A DNA stretch of 63,429 nucleotides, the filler included, from Octopus bimaculoides (taxonomy: Eukaryota), in assembly GCF_001194135.2 (NCBI RefSeq). It is 5 parts of 5 records of this genome, joined end to end, with 100 filler letters (N's around TTAATTAATTAA, not from the genome) between each part and the next. Parts side by side here need not be neighbours in the genome. Positions count along the whole stretch, not along the records: positions 51,341 to 58,949 come from NC_069010.1; positions 59,050 to 63,429 come from NW_026306484.1; 3 more parts are not named here. The stretch is one strand, 5' to 3'. Position 1 is the stretch's first letter; each line of letters starts with the position of its first letter. Shown one piece after another: positions 52,438 through 63,429 of this stretch. A model generated the notes under the pieces. It saw only the letters and a program-made list of their open reading frames with translations, ran no database searches and was not told the origin of the DNA. A program made the translations under genes and the position numbers.

Positions 52438-52650
52438 CAGTTGTGGGGAATCATTCTCTTGAAATAATCAGTCAACTAAACACAAATCCATTCATACAGG
52501 AGAGAAATCTATAATAAATCATTCTCTCAAAATGGTAACTAAGTTATACATAAGTATATTTTTACAGGGGAGAAGCCATATCACTATGATATCTGTGATA
52601 AATCATTCCCCAAAAGATAATTGATTACACATGTAATGTATTCATACAAG
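52438..52650 (+). pseudogene. Degenerate zinc-finger repeats downstream of the ZNF-A stop
   Basis: Recognisable catacaggagagaa, aaatcattctct and ccatatcactatgatatctgtg motifs, broken by stops and deletions. Confidence 0.85.
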
Positions 52651-52682
52651 TGAGTATGCTATCATAATTTTATCTTACAAAT

Positions 52683-52688
52683 AATAAA
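52683..52688 (+). terminator. Candidate polyadenylation signal for ZNF-A
   Basis: AATAAA just after the decayed finger tail; the hexamer is common in AT-rich DNA. Confidence 0.3.
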
Positions 52689-53106
52689 ACGCAATGCATG
52701 TCCTGTTTGTGACGCTAATAGAAGAAGACTAAAACAACGAACTGAGTGGGAGTGAGTAACAGCCAGATGCTAAATGCAGACAAACTGCAGTAAAAGGTTT
52801 CGCTCTGAAGTTGCAGGTATTTTAATCGAAATAAAACTGCACCTTTTCATTGTAAATTGTATTTAGTTTATCATTTTCCCACACACACATGTAAATATAT
52901 AATAAATTAAATATTAAACTGTTTTGTTTTCGGAATTTTATTATTTCTTTTTCCACATAAAGAATAACATATTTTACAAGTTTCATCAATTCAAGAAATG
53001 TAAAAAACCATGCATGCACGCACATTCATAGACATGTATGCAGATGCATAGGTGTATATAAATATGTATGCATATATGCGTATGTATGAGTGTATGCACA
53101 CCTGTA

Positions 53107-53323
53107 TGAAGGATTGCTGAAAAATTCCTGACTTTGGTTAAAAGAAAATACAGGAGGATCAGTTAAATATGACTTTATTCACCATATTCCCCTCTCAGAT
53201 TCACACACCTATTGCAGCAGTCCTTCAGTTTTTCTAAACCCAGTAAAAGAACTCAGAAGGTTGGGCCTCCAACCAGACCTTTTGTGATACCCTTCAAGCC
53301 AGGAACTTTTCAGCACTCCCCCA
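53107..53323. mobile_element. Mariner-derived MITE (217 bp) flanked by TA/TA
   Basis: TIRs tgaaggattgctgaaaaattcctgactt / aagccaggaacttttcagcactccccca; internal minus-strand remnant CNRCVNLRGEYGE* resembles a mariner C-terminus. Confidence 0.82.
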
Positions 53324-53325
53324 TA

Positions 53326-53630
53326 CGAGGTCAGATCAATAAGTATCCGGACTGTTGCCATAGTAAAGAAGCTAAAGCACGCAGAGTAAAGCCGGTTGAA
53401 CAAACATTGACCTTGAACTCTGGCTCTACATGCGCACTAAGTTTTAATGTTCTAGCTCAGTTCGGCTGTTTACAGCAGTGCTTGGAAGGAAAGTGTGTAG
53501 CATGTGATCGTCACTTTGGCAATGACAGAGAAAGTTGCTATGGCAATACCTGTTCAGAGGCCTACGCAAAGTTGCAGAAAGTGTATAAACCGCACACAAG
53601 TGTACGAACGGTTCAGACGTTTCCAAGATC
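53326..53630 (+). mobile_element. 5' part of a second mariner element
   Basis: TA-CGAGGTCAGATCAATAAGTATCCGGACTG TIR-like start, then MTEKV / GNTCSEAYAKLQKVY / NRTQVYERFRRFQD (mariner N-terminal HTH with deletions). Confidence 0.75.
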
Positions 53631-53634
53631 TCAG

Positions 53635-54178
53635 CCAGCCCACTTAGGCGTACCTTCCTTCATTGGACACTAAACTTCATTTGCGAAGACCTGTTGAGGC
53701 AAGTGAAATCGAAATCGAGTTAAATTCGACGACTGGCACCCATGCCAACATTGTCTCCTTCATTGGACACGAAACTCAGCTTGCGAAGACTTATTGGGGC
53801 AAGCGAAAGCGAATTTGTGATGGCACCTGTGCCCAGCATCGCCTTTCTGGCACTTGTGCCCGCGGCATGTGTAAGGACTTTCGAGCGAGATCGTTGCCAG
53901 TGCCCCTGGACTGGCTCTTGTGCGGGTGGCACATAAAATACACCATTTTGAGCGTGGCCGTTGCCAGTACCGCCTGACTGGCCTTCGTGCTGGTGACACG
54001 TAAAAGCACCCACTACACTCTCTGAGTGGTTGGCATTAGGAAGGGCATCCAGCTGTAGAAACTCTGCCAAATCAGATTGGAGCCTGGTGTAGCCATCTGG
54101 TTTCACCAGTCCTCAGTCAAATCATCCAACCCATGCTAGCATGGAAAGCAGACGTTAAACGACGACGATGATGATGAC
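53635..54178 (+). mobile_element. Repeat family C, long form (retroposon with (GAT)n tail, probably RTE-dependent)
   Basis: Ends GGCATTAGGAAGGGCATCCAGCTGTAGAAACTCTGCC...CCCATGCTAGCATGGAAAGC(A/G)GACGTTAAACGA(T/C)GATG; internal ~100-bp duplication. Confidence 0.8.
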
Positions 54179-54627
54179 TACCAAGTATGACATCACCCCT
54201 TCCTTTCTCATTCATAAACACAAGAGTATTAGTATGGTAGATTATCTCGGTAACCATGGGAGCTATGGAAAAAATACAAAGCCCAGCATCACCACATCTG
54301 TGTAATTTTTAGCACAATTCCACACAGCCGTTTGACTGTGAATCCAAAGACAAGAAAGAATTGCCCATGTAAAATTTATATGTATAAATAAATGAATGAG
54401 ACAAAGAAGAGAATGGAGAAATTGACATGCAGATATTCAAATTCATATAATGAAATTCCTGTCCTACACTTGTTTCCATATCTAATTAGTTCAATTACAG
54501 AAATTAAATTAATGTAGTGTGTGCGTTGTTTAAAAAAACATTTATACATACATATATATATATATCGATATCAGTGGGAAAAAGCCTTATATATTTTGCA
54601 AGGAGATATCTTTCGCATCAAAGGTCG

Positions 54628-54686
54628 GCGATTGTCGTACGCTGAAGAAGGGAGACTACCCTGAAACTCGAGTCCGTACATATCGC
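54628..54686 (+). ncRNA. Minimal type I hammerhead ribozyme
   Basis: GCGAT-tgtc-GTACG / CTGAAGA / AGGG-agacta-CCCT / GAA / AC-tcga-GT / C / CGTAC-at-ATCGC: complete core, three helices and a GUC site (cleavage predicted 3' of 54674). Confidence 0.85.
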
Positions 54687-55017
54687 AGATCAAGATGGGA
54701 AAGATAACTTCCCTTTGCAAATATAGACAGGACACAGATGTGTGTCGATAGCCAGCTGGAGGAGATGTTCTCCTGGGGCTAAAAGCAACAGTAACATGCA
54801 CCCTTAGGGGTCAGCCACATTTAAGTGGCAAATATACTTTACTTTATAAATATATAGTTTTAGGGAAAAGAACCAAGGTTCATGAACTCATCGATGAAAA
54901 TCCACTGTCAAATATAGAAAAATTAATAATTAAAAGCACAATAAATGAGTATAATATAATACAAAGTAAATATCATAAGATTTTATTCCTAATATTATTA
55001 TTATATATATATATATA

Positions 55018-55326
55018 GGCGCAGGAGTGGCTGTGTGGTGTGTAGCTTGCTTACCAACCACATGGTTCCAGGTTCATTCCCACTGCGTGGCACCTTGGGC
55101 AAGTATCTTCTACTATAGCGTCGGGTCGACCAAAGCCTTGTGAGTGGATTTGGTAGAACGGAAACTGAAAGAAACCTGTCATATGTATGTGCTTGTCCGC
55201 CCCAACATTGCTTGACAACCGATGGTGGTGTGTTTACATCACCCGTAACTTAGCGGTTTGGCAAAAGAGACCGATAGAATAAGTACTACTAGGCTTACGA
55301 AGAATAAGTCCTGGGGTCGATTTGCT
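55018..55326 (+). mobile_element. SINE family A, 3'-truncated
   Basis: GGCGCAGGAGTGGCTGTGTGG...GAATAAGTCCTGGGGTCGATTTGCT. Confidence 0.88.
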
Positions 55327-55659
55327 GAGGAATTTAATGAAATAACTTTTGTTTGGAACCTGAAATTTTAAAAGAAGGATTTAATTTATATCAGTTTAAA
55401 ACAAGAATTTTGTTTGATAGAAGCAGAGGTAGCCAGAGGAATTGGTATCAAAAGGGTTAAATAAATAAAGACCAAACGGAATATTTCTTTTATAGAATGA
55501 CATTTGGCACTCAACCATTTATTCTTCTGTCTAAATACATACTTATGTAGTGAACTGGGTTTTTTTCTAATATGATTAGAAAGGCATCACAGGGATAAAT
55601 TTCCTTGCCTGCATGAAACATTCATTTAGTTTAGGTTTTTACCACAGAAGAGCACGGTT

Positions 55660-55850
55660 GATGCCAGTGCCAGTGGCACGTAAAAGCACCCACTACACTC
55701 TCTGAGTGGTTGGCATTAGGAAGGGCATCCAGCTGTAGAAACCTTGCCAGATCAGATTGGAGCCTGGTGCAGTCTTCTGGTCTGCCAGTCCTCAATCAAA
55801 CTGTCCAACCCATGCCAGCATGGAAAGTAGACGTTAAACGATGATGGTGA
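55660..55850 (+). mobile_element. Repeat family C, short form, adjoining the ZNF-B decayed tail
   Basis: Close match to 54000-54170. Confidence 0.85.
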
Positions 55851-55859
55851 TAATCAGTG

Positions 55860-56618
<759 letters not shown>

Positions 56619-58320
56619 TCATGTATGAGTACGTTTGTGTGTAGTTAAACTAGTATCACGAATGAATGATTTACCACAGATTTCACAGCGATAGGGCTTC
56701 TCGCTCATATGAATAAATCTGTGTCTAGTTAAATGATAATTTCTAGAGAATGATTTACCACAGATATCACAGTGATATGGTTTCTCTCCTGTATGAGTAC
56801 TTTTGTGTGCAGTTAAACTAGTATCACGAGTGAATGATTTACCACAGATTTCACAGCGATAGGGCTTCTCTCCTGTATGAATGAGTTTGTGTCTAGTTAA
56901 ATGATGATTTTCAGAGAAGGATTTACCACAGATATCACAGTGATATCGTTTCTCTCCTGTATGAATACGGTTGTGTCGAGTTAAATTAACATGACAAGAG
57001 AATGATTCACCACAGATTTCACAGCGATATGGCCTCTCTCCCATATGAATACGNNNNNNNNNNNNNNNNNNNNNNNNNNNNNNNNNNNNNNNNNNNNNNN
57101 NNNNNNNNNNNNNNNNNNNNNNNNNNNNNNNNNNNNNNNNNNNNNNNNNNNNNNNNNNNNNTAGTTAAACTAGTATCACGAATGAATGATTTACCACAGA
57201 TTTCACAGCGATAGGGCTTCTCGCTCATATGAATAAATCTGTGTCTAGTTAAATGATAATTTCTAGAGAATGATTTACCACAGATATCACAGTGATATGG
57301 TTTCTCTCCTGTATGAGTACTTTTGTGTGCAGTTAAACTAGTATCACGAGTGAATGATTTACCACAGATTTCACAGCGATAGGGCTTCTCTCCTGTATGA
57401 ATGAGTTTGTGTCTAGTTAAATGATAATTTTCAGAGAAGGATTTACCACAGATATCACAGTGATATCGTTTCTCTCCTGTATGAATACGGTTGTGTCGAG
57501 TTAAATTAACATGACAAGAGAATGATTCACCACAGATTTCACAGCGATATGGCCTCTCTCCCATATGAATACGTCTGTGTGTAGTTAAATGATTATTTTT
57601 AGAGAATGATTTACCACAGATATAACAGCGATATGGTTTCTCTCCTGTATGAGTACGTTTGTGTGCTGCTAAATTTTCATTACGAGAGAATGATTTACCA
57701 CAGATATCGCAATTATGTCGTTTCTCTCCTGTATGAACATACTTGTGTTGAGTTAAGTGATAATTGCGAAAGAACGATTTACCGCAAATTTCACAATGGT
57801 ATGGCCTCTCTCCTGTATGAGTGCGTTTGTGTCCAAGTAAGCTACCGCTTTGAGAGAATGATTGACCACAAACATCACAGCAATATGGTTTTTCACCCGT
57901 ATGAGTACGAAGGTGAACTTTTAAAGACCTCGTGTAAACGAACGACTTACCACAAATGTCACAGTCATGTAGTTTCTCTTCTAAGTGAATGGGTCTGTGT
58001 TTAGATAAAGCACTCGCACAAGAGAACGATTTACCACAGATGTTGCACTGATATGGTTTCTCGCCACCATGAATACGGCTGTGAATGGTCAAGTGGTCAT
58101 TTTGAGAAAATGATTCACCACAGATTTTGCAGTCATATGGCTCCTCTCCTGTATGTGTACATTCGTCTGTAATAAGGCTATCTTCATGAGAATTTAACTT
58201 TTTGCAGATATCACAGGGATATACGTTTCCTACATCTCCTGGCATTTCATCATGAAAATTAATCCTTTTGGATTCCATTTTACATTGAACACTGCCCTCA
58301 CATAATTCACTGCCCATCAT
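56619..58320 (-). CDS. Multi-finger C2H2 zinc-finger protein (ZNF-B); short N-terminus, one degenerate finger, then 12-17 fingers; gap at 57054-57161
   Basis: ATG at 58320 is the first after an in-frame TGA 18 codons upstream; canonical C2H2 repeats with TGEKP/MGERP linkers on both sides of the gap; TGA at 56621-56619. Confidence 0.92.
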
Positions 58321-58680
58321 TTTCTTTCTGTCATCACAATATACAAATCTTTCACCATTCTTCGTTTTTCTATTTCATTCCTAACGAACTGTGATTCTGT
58401 CCTGTCTTCATGAAATGTCAGCTTAGTCAATATCTGATGATTCTGCAAGCTCCTTCATTATCTAAGTTTAACGAGATCAGAATATCACACCCTCAGCACA
58501 TTCCAGACAGCGATGTAGAGAAGTTATACTAAATACCCTCAAGCAAGATGAAATATTTCGCAGTAATTCTACCAAAGGTTTATACAAACAGGGCCATGTT
58601 CATTCCGTGTAAATTTTTCCTTTAAGCTTGGTAAACGTTCGATAAATTCAGAGTAAAAACATCCTTTAATGCCATGAAAT

Positions 58681-58700
58681 CTGGAATTCTGAAATAATAG
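58681..58700 (-). promoter_or_regulatory. Candidate 3' splice acceptor for the ZNF-B terminal exon
   Basis: Minus strand reads ctattatttcag/aattccag about 370 nt upstream of the ATG; no transcript support. Confidence 0.3.
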
Positions 58701-58736
58701 AGAAACAGTGTAAACTAGAGAGGATACGGAAAAAGT

Positions 58737-58777
<41 letters not shown>

Positions 58778-58949
58778 CATCATCATCATCGTTTAACGTC
58801 CGCTTTCCATGCTAGCATGGGTTGGACGATTTGACTGAGGACTGGTGAAACCGGATGGCAACACCAGGCTCCAATCTAATTTGGCAGAGTTTCTACAGCT
58901 GGATGCCCTTCCTAACGCCAACCACTCAGAGAGTGTAGTGGGTGCTTTT
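58778..58949 (-). mobile_element. Repeat family C, young copy, cut by the linker
   Basis: Near-identical to the reverse complement of 54003-54170 and 59322-59490. Confidence 0.88.
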
Positions 58950-59049
58950 NNNNNNNNNNNNNNNNNNNNNNNNNNNNNNNNNNNNNNNNNNNNTTAATTA
59001 ATTAANNNNNNNNNNNNNNNNNNNNNNNNNNNNNNNNNNNNNNNNNNNN
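58950..59049. other. Artificial scaffold linker (N44-TTAATTAATTAA-N44)
   Basis: Same 100-bp construct, 12-mer at 58994-59005. Confidence 0.95.
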
Positions 59050-59098
<49 letters not shown>

Positions 59099-59126
59099 GC
59101 ATGTATATACGTGTGTGTGTAGATAT

Positions 59127-59166
<40 letters not shown>

Positions 59167-59216
59167 TGAAAAGTGGTTAGGAATCCATACAAATCAAAAA
59201 TTATAGTTAAAAAAAA

Positions 59217-59573
59217 AAGTAAATAAAGTAGAAAAAGGCACAAAAGTATATTTTAGAGAAAATGTTTAATAAAATATAACAGTTTCGATGTATCCATCTT
59301 ATCAAATATTAGAAATATTAGAAAGCACCCACTACACTCTCGGAGTGGTTGGTGTTAGGAAGGGCATCCAGCTGTAGAAACTCTGCCAAATCAGATTGGA
59401 GCCTGGTGTAGCCATCCGGTTTCACCAGTCCTCAGTCAAATCGCCCAACCCATGCTAGCATGGAAAGCGGATGTTTAACGATGATGATGATCATCATATG
59501 TTGAAACCGGTTGTATTTTATTAAACATTTTCTCTAAAATATACTTCTGTGCCTTTTCCAACTTTATTTACTT
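59217..59573. repeat. ~70-bp inverted repeat enclosing a family C copy
   Basis: 59217-59286 vs the reverse complement of 59503-59573 (aagtaaataaagt..aaaaggcac..aagtatattttagagaaaatgtttaataaaata..gtttc). Confidence 0.88.
59322..59490 (+). mobile_element. Repeat family C, young copy
   Basis: aaagcacccactacactct...gtttaacgatgatgatga. Confidence 0.88.
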
Positions 59574-59649
59574 AGTTTAACAGTCCGAAACAGTCATATT
59601 GTTAATAATAATAATAATAATAATGATGATGATGATGTTGATGATGATG

Positions 59650-59659
<10 letters not shown>

Positions 59660-59681
<22 letters not shown>

Positions 59682-59900
59682 CCTTTCTATTTAAGGCACA
59701 AGGCCGGAAATTGGGCGGGAGCAACGAGTTGATTACATCGACACTCCCCAGTGTTTCACTGGTACTTAATTTGTTGACCCCCGAAAGGATGAAAGGCAAA
59801 ATTGACCTCGGCGGAATTTGAACTCGGGAACATAAAGGCAGACGAAACACTGATAAGCAATTTTTCTAGCTCGCTGACGACTCTGCCAGCTTGCAATAAC
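59660..59900 (-). mobile_element. SINE family B
   Basis: Reverse complement of head and central domain, with (TTA)n tail. Confidence 0.82.
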
Positions 59901-60076
59901 GGCTGCCATAACAACAGCAGTAATAACAACAACAACAACAGGAACAGTTACTGCAGCATTATCAATGAAAGCCGTAACAACAAGAACAACAAGACAATCA
60001 GTTAAGGAGTCTGACATTGTACAGGGTTCCATGATGATGTCAGCAAGATGCAGTGGGGGGAGACGGCATGTATATG

Positions 60077-60125
<49 letters not shown>

Positions 60126-60474
60126 CCTATTTATTGACAGCGGGTGGGGGGGGTAGATGATAAGGNNNNNNNNNNNNNNNNNNNNNNNNNNNNNNNNNNN
60201 NNNNNNNNNNNNNNNNNNNNNNNNNNNNNNNNNNNNNNNNNNNNNNNNNNNNNNNNNNNNNNNNNNNNNNNNNNNNNNNNNNNNNNNNNNNNNNNNNNNN
60301 NNNNNNNNNNNNNNNNNNNNNNNNNNNNNNNNNNNNNNNNNNNNNNNNNNNNNNNNNNNNNNNNNNNNNNNNNNNNNNNNNNNNNNNNNNNNNNNNNNNN
60401 NNNNNNNNNNNNNNNNNNNNNNNNNNNNNNNNNNNNNNNNNNNNNNNNNNNNNNNNNNNNNNNNNNNNNNNNNN

Positions 60475-60990
60475 TGGATGGGTTGGTTACGGGCAATGGG
60501 GGTGGGCAGGTGATGATGGTGGGGTGGGGTGGTGATGGCGGTGGGTAGGTGACGGTGGTGGGGATGCGTAGATGACAGCAGTGGGGTGGATAAGTGACGG
60601 TGGTGGGAGATCGGTAGGAGATGACGGGGAAGGGGGTAGAGTAGGTGATAACAAGGGTAGATGCAGGAGGCAGTAAGTGTGTAAATAAAGGGGGTATATA
60701 ACGGGAGGGGCAAGGTTGTAGATGGGGTGGGGCAGGTGACAGAGAGGAGGCGATGGGGTACTAGGATAAATTATGCTGTGGTACTGGGTAGGGGTAGATG
60801 ATGGGGTAGATTACTGGGCGGAGATACAGGGGTAGATGATGAGGTAGATTATGGGGTTAGGGGTACTGGGATACCTAACAGCGTAGATTTTGGGGTGGGG
60901 GTACGGGGGTAGACAACAGGGTACATTATGAGGTGGGGTACTGGGGTAGATTAAGGGTAGGGGTACTGGCTTTAGGTGATAAGGAGCCAG
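60475..60990. repeat. G-rich degenerate minisatellite (ggggta[g/c] units)
   Basis: Repeated ggggtagat / ggggtact motifs with strong G skew on the + strand. Confidence 0.8.
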
Positions 60991-62058
60991 GGTAGAAATA
61001 GTCGCCTTGAAGAATGTAGGGGAAGAAGTGTGGGGGTGGATGTGTGTATATGTGTATATATATGTGTAAGAGTGTGCATGCATGTATATATGTGTATGTA
61101 TATGTATGGGTGTGTATGCTTATGTGTGTCGCTGCGTGTGTATGTACGTGTGTATGCTTACGTATATGTGAGTGTGTGTGTGTATGTGGGCGTATGTGTG
61201 CATATGCACATGCGTGTGGGTGAGTATATTCATATCAGCGTCAGGACAGGGAGTGGTGGTCATGTCATCTGACAATAGACAAAACGAAACACAAGAAACT
61301 CTGAATTGGTGTCAATTACTGGTGTGTGTATNNNNNNNNNNNNNNNNNNNNNNNNNNNNNNNNNNNNNNNNNNNNNNNNNNNNNNNNNNNNNNNNNNNNN
61401 NNNNNNNNNNNNNNNNNNNNNNNNNNNNNNNNNNNNNNNNNNNNNNNNNNNNNNNNNNNNNNNNNNNNNNNNNNNNNNNNNNNNNNNNNNNNNNNNNNNN
61501 NNNNNNNNNNNNNNNNNNNNNNNNNNNNNNNNNNNNNNNNNNNNNNNNNNNNTATATATATATATATATATATATATGCATACACACACATATATATAAA
61601 CACTGATAACATCAGAAACAGTATTAATATACCAGAAGGTAATATTTTACTCCATTTAAAAGCAGATGTTGTGTTACAACACAAAATTACAGCATTATTT
61701 ACCATAGGAGGAACTTTGATATGGACTTGTGGTGCATATGGGCACTCTTGCTTATATTACTAGACACAGACAATACTCCGATATTAAATGTACTTTCTGA
61801 TCTGAGGGAGATGTTGCTGCTATTTCAAGCAAGGCATGCGACCATATAGAGACTTCCTACCTCCTTTGTCTAACGACTATGAATAATATTATAAAATGGG
61901 ATGAGGGGTCCCCCTGCGCTTTTTAACAAGGGTGGTTTCGGTTGGAATACCACAGTGGAGTATTTAATGTAGGTGGAGGAATTGTAGGAGAGGCTGAGGA
62001 AAAGGAAGAGGGAGAGAATGAATGAGTGAAGGGGAAGTGAGGGGGTGGTGTGGAGGAG

Positions 62059-62093
<35 letters not shown>

Positions 62094-62154
62094 GTATGTG
62101 AGTATAGATGCATGATTGTGAAAGAAAAGACGCAACACTGTGTATATATGTATG

Positions 62155-62222
<68 letters not shown>

Positions 62223-62480
62223 CATNNNNNNNNNNNNNNNNNNNNNNNNNNNNNNNNNNNNNNNNNNNNNNNNNNNNNNNNNNNNNNNNNNNNNNNNNNN
62301 NNNNNNNNNNNNNNNNNNNNNNNNNNNNNNNNNNNNNNNNNNNNNNNNNNNNNNNNNNNNNNNNNNNNNNNNNNNNNNNNNNNNNNNNNNNNNNNNNNNN
62401 NNNNNNNNNNNNNNNNNNNNNNNNNNNNNNNNNNNNNNNNNNNNNNNNNNNNNNNNNNNTATATATATATATATATACAA

Positions 62481-62520
<40 letters not shown>

Positions 62521-63429
62521 TCATATGCAGACGCAGGCATACTGTGGTCTGAAACTTGAGCCATATGTAAAAAGAACGTTTTCTTTTTCTTAATCTTTGC
62601 CACATCACTGAGGGACGTCAACTCCAACTCAAGAGCAAATTTTCCTCCAGGTTCTGCAAGATGACATTGCACAGACCAAATGCTGAAAACAATGCGCAGT
62701 TCTGTGTAACACATAGATTTCCAGACATAAATCATGTGAGCCTGGCTACTAGGCTTGTACCTCCCTGCAGTGTAATAGCAAGAAAAAGAAAAATCCTGTG
62801 ACAGGTTGATCTGCTTGATAAAAAATTCACAGCGGCCTACAAATTTTTTGTGTGTATATAAATTTGTCTGAATATAAATTTCATATATAAATTTGTTTGC
62901 ATATAAATTTCATACATAAATTGGCCTGAGACTGAGACCTCTTTAAAATATGGAAGGGAAAAAGTCTTGTTTTTAAGGGTGAAAGCCTAGGTGATCATCT
63001 CCCTCTGGCTTTGTCTATCGATCTTCAGCCGCAGTTCCATCTTGTGGTCACCAAAGCACCACAAAGGTAAACAATTGTCTCCCTTCAGCCAGCCTTGGTG
63101 GTTGGTTTCCAGCCAATATATATATTTATGTATGTATGTAAGTCCTAGATACACCAAATCTGAATAAAAGATGGGATGGTCACATCTGGAACCACATTGA
63201 TCATAAGTCTGTCTGGATCAGGACTGACCTAGGGTTAAACAATAACATCAACAACAATAACCGTAGTCATTTACTACCACACACATACATACACCCACAT
63301 ACCCAAACACACACATACACCAACAACCACCCCAATTGCCACCCACCCACCCAAACGCTTACGTAACCCACCCATTAACACAAACACCTACACACACACA
63401 CATACACATACACCCACACTACATATATC

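Noticed and set aside
53212-53673. 153-aa ORF as a novel gene
   Set aside because: Chance fusion of a MITE, a mariner 5' end and a family C repeat
55440-55460. piggyBac-like MITE end (ggtatcaaaagggTTAA)
   Set aside because: Only one end is visible; the partner terminus was not found
57606-58004. 132-aa ORF antisense to ZNF-B (also 52226-52429 and 57002-57214)
   Set aside because: Shadow frames of the 84-nt finger periodicity
58778-59490. Inverted pair of young family C copies at 58.8 and 59.3 kb
   Set aside because: They lie on opposite sides of an artificial linker, so the adjacency is not real

Overview
AT-rich, microsatellite- and gap-rich animal genomic DNA. The SINE families and the style of the C2H2 arrays point to a coleoid cephalopod, probably Octopus (inference). 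The window is not one locus: four identical artificial 100-bp linkers (N44-TTAATTAATTAA-N44) join five pieces (1-21186, 21287-43958, 44059-51240, 51341-58949, 59050-63429). The only well-supported host genes are two convergent multi-finger C2H2 zinc-finger genes in piece 4, each trailed by decaying finger repeats beyond its stop codon. The rest is transposable-element debris: RTE, R4/Dong and Penelope-like retroelement fragments, Tc1/mariner relics and MITEs, a non-autonomous Helitron, four SINE-like families and an intron-bearing tRNA-Leu(CAA) pseudogene. The most notable unannotated signal is an apparently intact minimal type I hammerhead ribozyme (54628-54686) inside a highly structured ~250-nt element between the two ZNF genes. 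Several degenerate hammerhead-like motifs occur elsewhere, two of them at the centres of inverted repeats. All alignments and folds were done by eye, and repeat boundaries are approximate.
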